In this document: in pieces, positions 43,273-57,614 of the stretch
How the letters are laid out: every line of letters begins with the position of its first letter
Numbering within the stretch: the stretch's first letter is position 1
Assembly: GCA_964016885.1 (NCBI GenBank)
Contig: OZ024748.1
Location: 29,760,001-29,824,000 of the forward strand
Reading direction: 5' to 3'
From: Eledone cirrhosa
Taxonomy: Eukaryota
Length of the DNA: 64,000 bases
The notes under the pieces: generated by a model
Seen by the model: the letters and a program-made list of their open reading frames with translations, nothing else
Told to the model about the DNA's origin: nothing
Databases searched by the model: none
Position numbers and translations under genes: made by a program

Positions 43273-44318
43273 TAAAATGGCGGGCTGTGTGGTTACAATT
43301 AAGTATAATGAAAATAAAAAGTTACGGGCGAAAGAGAGTAATATCCACCATCAGTTGTCTGCTAGGAATCATAGATATTTCTTCGCGTTAGAGACAATAT
43401 ACTTCAACCTAGTGCCCTCTCTGCTAATCACCCTCTCTCCGCTAGCTCACTTCCTCCCTCGTCCGCCACTGCAAGCAGTCTCTTTTCTCGCTCACACTGC
43501 TACAGTGAAGACGTGTCTATTCTCTCGTCACACTTGCCAGGACTTATGTCCGAAAAAAGTTTGTTGACTTGATATTTTTCCCTCGCTTTACGCTATTTCA
43601 CTTTTCGTATCTCTTTACGCCCCCCCCCCCCTTTTATCCCAATAACTTATTCTAGTTATTGCTCGCACACATACACACACATGCATATTATATGTGTGTG
43701 TATGTATGTATGTGTGTGTATAATGATATAGTCCGTTAGTTATAATACATCGTGACTTACTAATACAAGTTTCATACTCAGTTTATGTCAAACAATCATC
43801 ACATCATATAATAATTTAGTTTTTTTGTGAAGAGATTTCCGTATGGCATTTGGGATAAACATATTGTAAGGGGTATAACCCGTTTTATATAAATAGTGAT
43901 CGGCAAGTGGTTTCCTTTGGATAATTGAAAATAGCTTACGTGAAGAGATTAATGAATATCTAGAAACTGAAGGACTTTAAAAAATACATGAAAGACTAAA
44001 ACCTATGTGACTAAGGAAAGTAGAATGGAGTGATAAAAACTTTATATGGAAAGAGAAACAGTTGAATTATTGAGTATGAAATATTGTATTAGTATGAAAT
44101 TTTATGAGATCAGATGTGTCTCTTAGGGTGTTGAAACTAAAGAAATAAAGAGAAGGAGAAACAGGGAAAGAGAGAGATGTAGAGCGGAACAATTTAGAAA
44201 TGAACATTGAAATATGAAAAATTGAAGATATCAGAGTGTTTGATATAAATTATAATGACATTAGTTATGTTTATCAATAGGTTAAAATAGTCTGGCGGTG
44301 GTAGGATCTTCTCTCTCT

Positions 44319-44429
<111 letters not shown>

Positions 44430-44445
44430 TACGGGCGAAAGAGGG

Positions 44446-44562
44446 TAATATATGTTTCAGCTGGGAGAGCTTCATAAGGAAATTTGAATGTTAATTTTTT
44501 TGAAAAAAATGTTCTTAAACAATTTTTTTTATTTCTGATTTTGTAACTTCACATCCTCGAGA

Positions 44563-44634
<72 letters not shown>

Positions 44635-44750
44635 TCTCGAGGATGTGAAGTTACAAAATCAGATATTAAAAAAATTGTTTAAGAACATTTTTTAAAAAAT
44701 ATTAACATTCAAATTTCCTTATGAAGCTCTCCCAGCTGAAACATATATTA
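44446..44750. repeat. About 305 bp palindrome centred on (TA)n
   Basis: Arms of about 120 bp on either side of a self-complementary TA tract. The arms contain a decayed HHR (CTTATGA-AGCT..AGCT-GAAAC). Confidence 0.9.
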
Positions 44751-45090
44751 GTTTAATAGCATATTGACTCTTTGGTGCTTCTTAATCTTTATATATCAGC
44801 TCTGCGTGAATCCATTACATCGAGCTTTAAATCATCTGGTAAAGTTTATACCCAATAATAGCAACACTGTTATTATTATTAATATTACACACACACACAT
44901 GTATATATATACACATATACAGTAAAGAGAAAAGAACACAGAAATATATATATATATGTGTGTGTGTGTTCAAATCATAAGGGACACAAACTGCCAAGGT
45001 TATACCAATATACTGACTAAAGATAAAACGGTTCACAGAACTCAATTAAAAGGATAAATTAAGGTATACGAACTGACTATGGTAACTATC

Positions 45091-45162
45091 AACATCCAGA
45101 CAGCTTCTGTTTCGCAATTCAGTAAAGAGACGTATTGGTTCGATTGCTTATCAATGTTTGTT
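45091..45162 (-). ncRNA. Hammerhead, U3-A8 variant
   Basis: Minus strand AACAAACA-TTGATAA-GCAAT...ATTGC-GAAAC AG aag CT GTC-TGGATGTT. Confidence 0.72.
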
Positions 45163-45699
45163 CAAACCAGTAAACCCCTCACTACTAAATTTCTTAGAAG
45201 ACTAAAATACGCACATGCGTTAAAAGAGGAACCCCACATGTAAGATAGGACCTTGAGCCAATCATCTGCGATGCTCAATAAAAACATAAATACATGTAAA
45301 CGAAACGTCATCGTATTTTTCTTAATCTTATACACTCTGCCTGTTCAACGAGTCCTCATATTGGTACCATAACAAGCAATTCACTGAATCACCTACACTA
45401 TGTATATATATATATATGCTACCTATACTCCGCCATTCCTATGTGGAAAAAATACGTAGAGTGCTTGAATTGAATTGCATCAATATTTACCGTAAGTATA
45501 TATATATATATGTAAATATCTATAAGTCGTTTGGAAGCCTCGACAATGCAAATGGGTAAATCTCCGGGTAACAAGGTCCGGTGGTGGAGAGAGAGATGTA
45601 AGTGGGTGTACGTTGAGATGCGTGGTGTTTATAAGATGTGTGAGATGTGTAGAATGAAGGGGAGAGTAAAAGGATAAAAATAATAATAACAACACAAGA

Positions 45700-48404
45700 G
45701 AGAGTTACCTTGGGAGAGATTTAATAGTCCCTATATATTTCGGATTCACATCCATCAACTGGGGTTTTTTCCGGGGTGGGGGAAAAGGTTGTCTGTCGGA
45801 CAAGTCCGGAAGGCGTCTTTCGCTGTTTGCTGATTTGAATATCTGAGGTATTCGGCAGAGCGCGCGTGCGCGTGAAATGGGGTCGGTCGTACAGAGGTCA
45901 GCGGCCGAATGAGGGAGTGGGATGGCGCTAGCTGTCAGTCCATTCTCTGCCTGTTTGTTAGATGTTACTGTGTGTGTGTTGTGTGCGTGTGTTGTTGTCT
46001 CGCTTGAGTGTGTGTGTGTGTTGTTGCCTTGTTCATCTGTATTGGCAGTGTAGTATGTTCGTATGGTGGAAAGCTACAATGTGTGTGTGCGCGCGTGTGT
46101 GTGGTTGTCTCGTTTGCGTGTGTGTGTGTGTGCGTGTGTTGTGTGTTGTTGTATCGCTTGTTAACTTAAACCAGCCATTTCATTTCGCTTCTCTCTAATC
46201 GGTTGCTTATTTGCAGTTGCAGGCGTTTGATAAAAAGTGCTTCCTTGATACATAACGTGCCGACGTTTCTTTCAGTCGCTAGAATTGTGACAATGGGCCT
46301 TCCGTCTTTGTTTCCGCATTTGTCTATGTGTTTCCGGAAAGACGAGGCCCTGGTTTTAGTGTGTTCCTTGATCCGGATGTGCAGAGGTCGAATTGTGCTA
46401 CCTATGTAGTATTGGTTGCACCTGTCACATTCTATCTTATACACGACGTAGGTGCGTAGGCAACAGTTAGCATGGCGTATCGGGCAGTCTCTGAGGGAGC
46501 ATGCGTCAGTAGATTTTTCGGGTTTCCTGGAGAGGCATCTTCGCAGGGAGGGGCCAGAGTGGGCCAGGTGGATGTCGAGGCCCTCCCTCCGTATAGCCTT
46601 GCGGATAGCGTTGGTGGTTTTCTCGCCCAGGTGTGGCATTTTAAGGAAGCACTTGCCTTGGGTGCTTCTCTGTCTCTTGCGTCTGGTGTCTCCTATTCTG
46701 TCTGTGATCGAGGTAGGGTACCCGTTCGTCTCCAGCACCTCGAGGAATCGCTTGGTATGAGTGACACCACTCGCGGGATCGCTGCATCTGTTTTTGATTC
46801 GCGCGATCTCGTTCGTGATGTATCCTCTTTTGGCACTGTTAGGGAGGGCGGACTTGTAGTGAACGAATAGGTCCCTGCAGGCTGCCTTTCTGTAGAAGTT
46901 GCAGTGGATCCCTCCTTGTTCCGTGATGTTGATTCGGAAGTCGAGGAGGGCAAGTGACCCGTCTTCGTTGGGGTGTTCGACACTGAAGTCAATGTTCTCG
47001 TCCGTGTTGTTGAACGTCTCATAGATTCTGTTCGCCGTGTCTTGGGAAGATGTGAGGATGAGGATATCGTCCACGTATCTTGAGAAAAAGGCTACGGCGT
47101 TGGGGTGGCAGGCGTTGAGTGCCTTGCGTTCGAGGTTGTCCATGTAGGAGATCACTAGCACACCTGATAGACTTGATCCCATGGGCAATCCCGAGGTTTG
47201 TTGGTATATTTGGTCAAGGAATCCGAAGTAGGTGCTGTCGACGACGATGGATAGGAGTTGGTGGATGTCAGTGGTGGTGAGCCCGAAGCAGTGTAGGTCG
47301 GTGGATTGGACGCGTTCCATTAGTATATTGATGGCCAGGAGTGCCGGGACCGAGGTGTAGAGAGCGACTACATCAAGGCTGAAGGCATATCTGTTATTCC
47401 TTCTGGTGTCGGGATCCATTTGATGCAGGCGCTTCAACACCTCCTCGGAGCTGTTAACGTGTCCCGGCAAGGTGTCTAAGATGGGTTTGAGTATTCTGGC
47501 TAGGAGCCATGAAATTTTGTAGAGTGGTCCCTCCACGCTCGATACGATGGGCCTGATTTTCAGGTCGGGTCCCTGTTTGTGTGTTTTCACGAGGTGGTAG
47601 AAGGCGGGTAGTCTGCTGTTCCTCGTGAGGAGGTTGTATCTCAGCTTCTTCGGGAGCTTCCGCCGGTCGCAGATGTTGGTCCAGGCGGAGTTGATGTGTT
47701 CTTCTATCTGCGCGGGAGTGATTCCCGTGACCTTGGAGTAGAGGTTGTCATCGTCAAGGTGTTGGAGGGCCAGGGTGTTGTAGGCCTCTCTACTGATGAC
47801 GCAGAATTCTTTTCCCTTGTCGGAGGGGAGATAGATGAGGTTCTTCGATTATAGGTTGGAGAGAGTGGTGAGTTGAGATTTGGTGAGGTTATGTGTTGTG
47901 CGTGTGTGTGTGTGTTTGTGAAGTATATCCGAGATGGAGTGTTTTAGCCTGATGAGTTTGGTGTCGAGTTCGTGGTTGGTGGGTGGGGGGTGGAGTGGGT
48001 TGTCGGGGTGGTAAGTGGGGAACTTGGGGTGGGTTGTGTCGGCGCTGTTATTATCTGTGGCGCTGTTGATAGCGGTCACCCATTTAAGTTGGTAAGCGGC
48101 TCGGCAAAAGTTGGCCTCGATGTTGAGTTTGAGTCTGTCGTCGAGACGTTGTGTGACGATGAACTTAGGTCCGAGGTGTAGGAGTTTCAGCTCGTCGCTC
48201 GTGAGAGTGCCGGTTAGGTCGGTGACCAGGTGCGTCGCATCGTTGAGGTATGGCTCGGTGTTGGTGGTTGCGGCGGTGGCGGTTGTTAAGTTGTTGTTTT
48301 CTACGTGGTTCTGGTCCGTCTGTTCGTTAGTGTCGATGTTCTCGTTGTGGCGTTTCGACAAGATCCACTCATATTTTCGCTTGAGCCGTTTTTTCTCGTA
48401 TTGG

Positions 48405-48405
<1 letters not shown>
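45700..48405 (-). mobile_element. Near-intact Penelope-like element (RT and GIY-YIG)
   Basis: LGPKF; SDKG; FYHLVKTHK..IRPIVS, SLDVVALYTSVP, GLPMGSSLS, RYVDD, LLDF, YRK; VVYKIEC..C...YIGST. One break near 47849 and a decayed HHR-like motif at 45729-45764(-). Confidence 0.92.
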
Positions 48406-48458
<53 letters not shown>

Positions 48459-49791
48459 CGTATATATATGTGTGGGTGTGTGTGTGTCGTGTGATTACTG
48501 TGTAACTATGTTTCATGACATAGCGATTCAATAAATGGAGATCGATAAATAAGTCCAAGGCTTGAAAAAACTATATGATCGACTAATTTTACCAGTTTTG
48601 AAAAATTATTATTTGACAGATAGACGCTAGAATATATATTTATACCAAATCCCACATAAAAAAGTCGGCATAGGTTGTTTGAAAGAGTTCATTCAATCGG
48701 GATTTTCTCAATCATTATTTTCGTCTTATTTCTTTTCATTGAGAAGATAAAAAATGGCGATGAAGGCTGTTTCCTTGGTATGTGCAGCATTAATTAATTG
48801 CTATCGGTCAGCTGATTGCTTCTGATGAACTAATCAGGCATGTTTGGAGAAGGGGTTTTTATGGAAGTTACGGTGGGCGTTTTTAACATTCATTTTGTGA
48901 TGTCTATGTTATAGTGAGAGTGAAAGATATAGTAGTGAGAATGTTCGACTCACAATCGAAACGTCGTAATTTCGATTTTCTGTCCAGACGGTGCGTTGTG
49001 TCCTTGAGCAAGACATTTTATTTCTCGTTGCTTAAATGGAAAAAAAAAATAGTTGAACCTGTTATTCAAAGAGTCAAACTTGTCATACGCTGAACCTCTC
49101 TGAGAACTACGTTGAGGGTAGACGTGTTTGTTGAATGCTCAATCATTTGCATGTTAATTTTATGAGCTGACTGTTCCATTGTTCTTGTTCGAACAACTGG
49201 AAGACTAGTCGTCGTCGAAACAAACTGATGTCCAACGATAAGCTCATGTTTAATTCCATTGAATTTTTCTCTCTGTTCCAAGATGGCTGTAACAAGCCTA
49301 TTCTCGACCTAATAGATAGCAGTGATCCCAAGATTGTTCCCTGGGGGACACCGCTCGTACTAGTGTTTCCATAGGCTGCATCAGCCTAACTTCTATCTTT
49401 TAAGAAGTCATGCACCAACTCTCCTTGTTTTTCAAACAGCGAGAAACGATCGTCGGTTATTTCCCTTTGTTTTTGTTGAAGCTAGGTATGTGACTATAGT
49501 CGCTACCTTAAATTCATAGTGAAAGGCCTTCAAAATGTTTTAAAATAAACATTCAGTATATTATTAAATATACAATACGTACATTCATATATAATGATAT
49601 TTATTCATTTATGCTTCTTTATTGGGTTAATCAGTCTATATGTTTCCTCTCTTCTTTTATTTTCTAAAGTATTTTTCGAGACCCTCTGAGGTTACATCTA
49701 AACTATAATAAAGTAAGAAGCGCGGGATTGCGTACGGTTAATCATTTTTTATCCTCTTAGTAAAATAAGTTGGATTACTTTGAATAAATAA

Positions 49792-49980
49792 TTGTTTCTA
49801 CTTTTAGGCACAAGGCCAGCAATTACCCAGTTCATTACTGGTACTTTATTTTATCGACACCGTAAGGATGAAAGGCAAAGTCAACCTCGGCGGGATTTGA
49901 ACTCAGATCGTAAAGGGACGTAACTGTGCTGGAAAGCATGGCGTCCGACCCTCTACCGATACTGCCAATCCACCGCCCTC
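49792..49980 (-). mobile_element. SINE family B
   Basis: Homologous to 4320-4500; tRNA-like head with GTTCAAATCC on the minus strand. Confidence 0.75.
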
Positions 49981-50682
49981 TTACTTTGAATAAATAATGA
50001 ATGAATATTACATAATTTATCTACTAAATTTCGTGGCTGTTCATTAAAAATATTTTATATTATTTATTTAAAGATTCAATTCTTTAAAATGTTCAAATGT
50101 AAACACTTCCGGTGGCGATCGCTTAAATAAATATTCATATATTTCCGTCGCTAATTTTCTCCTAATGCAGTTTATATATAATATCATCTTTTTTTTAATG
50201 TATCATGGATTACATTACTGATTAAATAAGACAGTGTAACACAGTCTTCGTTCAATTTCTGTGTATATTGTCAATTACGATTTTATTTGATGTATCATAT
50301 CTACATGCATATATACTTGTGTAAAATATCAATATACACACTACACATGCTAGCAGAAAATCACCCGAAGGGTGGTTTTTCTGCTAGTTTAAATAATACT
50401 GTATTCGTTTAAGACTTATTCTTTCTAAAGGGTTTACTATCTAATATGCCTTTATTTATATAAGCTTCACTCCACCACTACCCTCTATATGCACCACTCA
50501 TCATTCCTCATATGATGGTTACTGTGTCATAATTCTTTATTTATATAATAACGCCCGCTTCCTCATCGTCGTCTGTGTGATTGGGAGAACTCTGTATTTA
50601 CCAGATTTGGGTTGGTCGATTGTCAGAATAGGGTTAATGCAGTTCTAATCCTATGATATACACGTTCTGTTTTTGTAGGGCA

Positions 50683-50885
50683 TTAGATTGACAGAATTGT
50701 TAGAACGCCAAACAAAATACCACTGCAGTATTTTCCCCGGCTCATTACGTTTTAAGTTCAAATCTGGCCGAAGTCAGCTTTGCTTTTCATCCTTCCGTTG
50801 TCGATAAAATAAAGTACCAATCAAGTACTGGGGCTGATTTAATCAACTTTGGTCTTTCTTAACTTTGCTGGACTTGTGTCTAAAT
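50683..50885 (+). mobile_element. SINE family B
   Basis: GTTCAAATC...TTTGCTTTTCATCCTT...GTCGATAAAATAAAGTACCA. Confidence 0.7.
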
Positions 50886-52569
50886 TAATGCCATTGTTCA
50901 AATCATCCTTCAAGGGTCGATAAAATAAAGTGCCAGTAAAGAGCTGGAATCGATATAATCGACTATCCCCTCCCTGAAAATTGCTGCCTAAATTAGAAAT
51001 CATAATTAAGTTGGTACTTGGAACATAACGTAACAAAGGTGTGTGCATAAAATTATGATGAAAGGTTTTCAGATAAATACAAACACTTTAAAAGTAATTT
51101 TGTATCGTAGAACCAAGGTCGGTTCTAGTGGGTTTGGTATCAAAAGGGTTAAATGTTCTAAGGAAGAATAGGTGTAGAATAGGTGTAGAGAACCAAACTA
51201 AATGTATTATTTTACAGATTTTGTTGTTGTTCACCCACCAGTAATCGAATTATATACCAGTCAAATACTTTGCTTTTCCATCAAATTTAAGGACTTGTAC
51301 CTAAATTAGAAACCAATATATATTTTCTGGTTTTCCTGTCTAAGATCTTCCATTCGTTTATATTCCAAGTTATCATGTTCTAGCTTCAGTTTATGAGTGA
51401 GATAGCTAATCTATGCATGTATGGACCTGTAACTCCTGGGGGAGTCGTAGGGACGCTGCAATGACATACGGCATTTCTAGAGCAATTTTAAACCCGGCGG
51501 AACCCATCTTCTCTCCAGGTCTGAATACAGCAGATTTATTCCAAAGAAGGGTAGAAATGAGAGAGAGAGAGAGAGAGAGAAAGAGACATAGAGGAAGAAT
51601 CAACACCAGTATTAAACTGGTACGTTTTTATCGACCTCAAAAAGACGAAAGCCAAAGTTGATCCCTGTGGGATTTGAACTCAGAGAGCAGAGGGCCTGAA
51701 CGAATACCACAAAGCATTCTATTCAATGTTCTAACGACTCTGCCAATGCGCCGCCTTGGAATAGTTAATATATACATTATATCCTTTCTCTTAATAATCT
51801 CGCGTCCATGGTGTGCAAATGGGTTTCGTGAATTTTTGCCAAATACACTGACACATCATTTCAAGGTTCCTGGAATAAAGAACCCGTCATATACTGGGGT
51901 TGATTTAATCAACTCCGCTCTCCTCCCAAAATCTGCTGGCTTTGTGCCTAAATTAGAAATCAATCATTATCGTCAAAATAGTCTTGGCAAAGTTCTGTCC
52001 CTTGCGAAACGAAACCTACTAATAAACATGAAACTGACCCTGAAACATTTTCCTACGAGAAAAGGGGTCACGTTTTATTTTTAGTATAAATGTTGATAGT
52101 TATTTGATACACTGCCTTAATAGTGGGGTTGATTTGTTTATCTACTACGTCGCCAATATCCTAGAGTGCGATGTGTTATCACAGGATCTTCTATAACCAA
52201 GCGATATCATGTTTAGTGAATTACTGTTAGACGCCGGCCAATTCTTTGAACATTTCTATTTCTATATATGCCAACAAGTGTATATTAGAATATACACATT
52301 TTTGTGGATGATTCTCTCACCACTACTTCGACAAATACAGTGAAGTCTAGGCTTTATGTTCGAGTTGTCTCCCGTACTTGTCTCCCGAAATGATTAAAAC
52401 AAAACAAAAAGAAAATGTAATTTATTTTAATTCTAATTGAAATTTCAATTTAAGATCGAATTCCTTTTCAATTTCAATATCTGCAAACTTATAAGTTTCA
52501 TCATAAAAAAAAGAAAAAGAAATCTGTAATGATCAGTAAAAAAAAAAAAAAAAAAAATACACGTATGTA

Positions 52570-53595
52570 TGTATATATGTATGTATGTTCTTCTGGTTTC
52601 ATAATTTCACAAATGTTTGCCAATAGAGAGAGAGAGTCAGTTTCTAGCATAGATACAAGACTCTCTCATTGGAATTTACACAACATCGACTAGGTAGATA
52701 CGTATGCATATCTTGCATGCAAGCATGTGTGTGCAGGTATGGATGTTATTGTATGTGTGGATGTGTATGATTTGAGTTGTATGCGTGCATGTGCATATGC
52801 TGTGTGTTTGTACAAGTGTATACGCAGTTATTAGATGCAGAATTTTTGGAATGTTTTACATATTTTTACTGTTCCATTAATGGATTGTACTTGTAATTTC
52901 CTAATTAGTCGTATTCTTTCTGTCTCTGAGAAGCCTAGCTTCTCAAGATTTGAACTGAGGCAGTTACTAACATATCACAGCGCACCAATAATCACAGGTA
53001 TAAATCTGAAGGTATAGTCAGGGTGGAGTATCTGCAGATTTCTCATTATTTCTGCATAGATATTCTCCTTTTCGCTAATTTTTGATATCATATTACCATC
53101 TGCTGGGCAGTTAACTTCCACTACTGTGCATGCCTTCTTTTCCCTGTCCCATATCATTATATCTGGTCTGTTACGCCTGCACTTTATTGGGGTTTTTACT
53201 GGAAAATTCCACCAGTACTCTTTCATATTATGTATATGTATGTCTTCCACATTGCTGTAGCTTTCAATATGTTTATTATCGGGGCTATCTTTTCTACGGA
53301 TTGCATTGTACAGTGTTTTGGCCACTACATCATGCCTCATAGGTCGATAGTACCGCGATGACATCTTTGGACAACTGCTTATGACATGGGTGACATCTTC
53401 GATGTTAATTCTGCAGAGTCTGCATTTGTTATCACATCTAGGTGTTTTGCCTGCATCCCTATCTCTTTTGTGAATCAGGTATTTTGTGTTGATTTCCTGT
53501 TCTTGGATTGCAAAAGCGTATCCCACAAAGTGGGAGCCAATATAACAGTTGTTGGTCCAAGATAGACTGCTTTGTTTATCTATATTACTCTCACT
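52570..53595 (-). mobile_element. 3' fragment of a restriction-like-endonuclease non-LTR element (R4/Dong-like)
   Basis: AIQEQ...CRLC....EDVTHVISSC (CCHC), RHD, RPDI..D...VEVNCP, K...Y, PVIIGAL. Confidence 0.85.
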
Positions 53596-54600
53596 GGCAA
53601 CATATCCATACATCGCATCCGTCATCTACTACCGCCTGACCGTCGTGCCTTATCCTAAGCCTCGCCTGACTACGCTGGAGCGTTTGCTCTTTCGCTTTTT
53701 GTGCAAGGGACGTGCTCCGATGGTCAGGCGGTCCATCTGCTGTCAACACCCGCTACGCGGAGGGCTGGGCATAACGTGGTTGATGATGTGCAAACATGCG
53801 CTCAGGCTACGGCATCTCCACCTCTTCCTTGACGGTGATCAGGTGTGGTCGCCCTTTGCTAGACGCGTGTTTCCCCAGCACGTCTCCTTGACGGAGCTGC
53901 AGTCCTGAGACAAACGAAGACCGAGAGGAAGCGCTTGGAGACTGGAATGTCTTCAGGCGTTTACAGCCCTCGACCAGTCGAGCAAAGCGATCGGTGGAAA
54001 CTCCACCTTGGCGTTCTATAGAGGGTTAGTGGAGGGAAAGAGTGATGACGTCCTTGGGGAGACTCTGGGCGTCGACGAAAATCAACTAGCCAATCTCTTC
54101 GGGAGAACTTTCGGGCCGTGGCCCATGGACAACTTCCAGAAATCCCTCGCCTGGTAGTGCAACCGAGGAGTCTTGCCAGTTCGGGATAAACTCTACAGGC
54201 ATGGAAGTGCCGTCAGCCGGGCCTGTCCGAGATGCACGCAGGGCGACGAAACCGCCCTGCACGCACTCGTCCAGTGTCCGAGCATTACTGACTTGTTGGT
54301 TTATGTCGAACACCTGCTGTCGCGTGTAGAACGGATCCGGCTATCAGCTGAGTCCATCGTGAGGATTGCCCCGCCGCCTTCCTTTAGCCGGGAAGGGCAG
54401 GCAGTTTTTATCTGCCTGGTGGCCATGGTAAAAGAAACCGTATGGTGGATACGTCTGAAAGGGTTGAGGACGGGTACTTTCCTCTTCGGTGACGCCCTCG
54501 TTAACTTTTTCAGGTTTCACCTGAAAAAGAAAATCAGAGGGAAGTGCTGCCTTCCAGCCATTTTGTTGAAATGTGTGTGAGAGAGGCAAGAATGTCTCTG
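53596..54600 (+). mobile_element. L1/Tx1-clade LINE C-terminal fragment (zf-RVT region)
   Basis: LFRFL.KGR....R..C......GGLG and LPVRDKL...CPRC...ET..H....CP, with stops and shifts. Confidence 0.8.
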
Positions 54601-54879
54601 CCTCTTTTCGCCTACTCCCGCCGAGGTTAGACTTGTTTTCTTCGCTCTCCCTATCTCGCTGTCAATAAAGCCTCGGACTTATGTTCAGCTGCTGGTTTGA
54701 CTTCTGTTTAATTTATTTTTTCTTTCTTCTTTTTTCCTTCCCCAATAACTTTTAAAAGTTATTGACGCACTGGAGATAGACATATTGTCTTAATGCGTTG
54801 AAATGTCGGTGACCTCCAGCAGACAACTAAAGGGGGGACTGTCTCTTATTTGTGCCTTCCTTTTATTTCTAAACACACT

Positions 54880-54953
<74 letters not shown>

Positions 54954-54997
54954 CCAACTACATATTCTATCGAAGAATGTGCGTATATGTATATAGG

Positions 54998-55071
<74 letters not shown>

Positions 55072-55454
55072 TACATATATATATATACATATATGCACAT
55101 TCTTCGATAGAATATGTAGTTGGTATATATACACAATATACCGTATATCTTGTACTATATATGGCTCCTTCCCTCTCAATATAAACACATATGGGTGTAA
55201 AAAATATATACATACATGAATATACAAATAAACATACACACACATACATACATATATCCCCCCCCCCCATACATATATCCCCCCCCACATATACATATAT
55301 ACAAACATATACATATATATGTATATAAATAGGGAGACACTAAGCAGGCTTTGTTTACAAACGGCTAGCGAATTTGAAAATTAGGTAGTAACGTGTGCTT
55401 ACGCCGTATTTGACTAAATAGAATTAGTCTGTTAGTTGGGAATTTTAAAAATAA

Positions 55455-55584
<130 letters not shown>

Positions 55585-55689
55585 CACCCGCAAATGCATA
55601 GATACATATACGTACATACAAGCATACACATACATGTGCATACATACAAGTACGCTTATACAAGTAGAAAAGGCAAGTAGGTAAAGAGT

Positions 55690-56830
55690 ACTTACATAAC
55701 CTCAATACTATGAGGCGGACCGAAAGAGGGTGTAGGTTGAGGGTAGGGATGGAGAGGGGGGGGGGGGGCTATTTTGTCGAGTGAGGTGTTTTTGAAACTA
55801 TCGTTCTTGGGACAGAACTGGTTTGCAGGATTTATACGTTGCATAGTTTTTGTGCATGCAGTTTGGGCAATGTTCACAGAGTTTGTTCAGTGTCGGCCCC
55901 TTGGCAAATAGCATTTCTTAGCTCTCCGAAATACAAAGGTTGCAACACCTGTGTCCTCCTATGTATGAGCACACTCTCTGGAGTAATTTCCATTTGAGCG
56001 TGAAGGGGTGGAGGTCCTCTTGAGGTCCTAGACATAGGTGGCGAGTGTTGTTTGGCTGGATTTGTCCGGTCTTCTGAACAAGTGGGTATGGGCATACCAC
56101 CGAGTCTTAAAATTGTTGGATGTCATTCCGATATGTTTTTTTGTTGATGTTATCAATGCCTAAGACGACATCGCATTTATATACGATGTCATTCATCAGG
56201 CATTTATTTTCGAGTGGACACACTTCCTTATTGTGGCAGTTGCACAAGGCTCCCGTCCAGGGGTGGGTTTCGGTGGTAGTAGGCTTATTTAATTTAGTAG
56301 TGTTGAGGTTGGCTATATTCCTAGCTACGTTAGGTGTAGTGGAGTAAGAGACTCTTATCGTATTCTTATTAAAAATAGTGTAGTATGTTGTGTGGGGAAA
56401 TGTTTATTTAGCAATTAGAAGTCCTAGCCATTGGTTTAGATACCTTTCGGTTGAAGGGTGGGGGGTTGTACCAACTAATTTCTCCTAAATGGTCTTGGGG
56501 TATTTTCTAGATAGGTAATATTTTCTTTAAAGCCACTGCGGGCAAGGGCTTCATTGTCATAAGGAGCAGAGGCACTAAAAATGTCTTCATTAGCTGAGAG
56601 ACTGGAAATTCTAAGTGAGACACTTTTAACTAAATTATCTGTAATATTTTTGGGGTGGTTCGAACTAACATCTATGTATCTAAGGGATTCGTTAGGTTTG
56701 TAGTACGGGTAATAGAGGGAAGTATGTGTGTGTGTGTATGTATATAGATATAATAGAGGGAAGTATCTAAATCTAAAGTGACATCTAAAAAGTTGGCTCT
56801 AGTCATATTTCATTCAATGGCTATTCTAAA
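55690..56830 (-). mobile_element. Decayed Penelope-like element (RT C-terminus and GIY-YIG)
   Basis: NFLDVTLDL..PYYKPN..LRYIDVSSNHP...RISSLSANEDIF and CNCHNKEVCPLENKCL...IVYKC. Confidence 0.82.
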
Positions 56831-57031
56831 ACCTAGATTACGGAAGAAAAAGCATAAGTTTTTTCGAAACCAATTAGAATAAATGAACCATGAAAATTTT
56901 TCTCTAAATATAGTATTTTCAAAGAATCCCCATTTTTGAAATCCATCAGCCAATGACCTCCACCCATCCCAATCACCACCTTCCCCTACCAGCAGAAAAT
57001 GTATTAATACCACCATATCACATTGACAGTC

Positions 57032-57083
57032 GGCTTTCTTGATGATTTCTTTCGAATGAAATAGTTCTAGTCATGTAGAAGCC
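57032..57083 (+). ncRNA. Hammerhead-like motif (C3U uncompensated), same family as 9174
   Basis: GGC(T)TTC-TTGATGA-T TTC tttc GAA T-GAAAT...GTA-GAAGCC. Stem I covaries with the 9174 copy (GAC/GTC versus GGC/GCC). Confidence 0.58.
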
Positions 57084-57112
57084 ATTTCTATAATATATAT
57101 ATATATAGAAGT

Positions 57113-57234
57113 GGTTACACAACAGATAGTTCACCATACCGAAAAAAATTGTTTCACCTTAGCGGATCCTCAGCTCGTAATCCACTAAGGTGAAACAATT
57201 GTTCTCGGTATGGTGAACTAACTGTTGTGTAACC
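57113..57234. repeat. Fold-back of about 122 bp
   Basis: GGTTACACAACAG...CTGTTGTGTAACC. The right arm contains GAAACAATTGTT, an HHR 3' half as at 29835. Confidence 0.85.
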
Positions 57235-57304
57235 CCTTTTACCTAACTCGTCCCATGGACTGAGTGCTCTACCACTACGGATATTACCTTCCAGTGTTCT
57301 ACCA

Positions 57305-57397
<93 letters not shown>

Positions 57398-57514
57398 CAG
57401 CACAAATGTACACATTAACACAGTGTCATATGCATCTATATATAGATATGTGAATTGAAAGGGCACGTTCTGATAAAACGCTCCATGTACTTGACATATT
57501 AATATTGCCACCGA

Positions 57515-57614
<100 letters not shown>

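Noticed and set aside
48754-48825. MAMKAV resembling the SOD1 N-terminus
   Set aside because: The similarity stops after six residues and no other SOD1 exons are visible.
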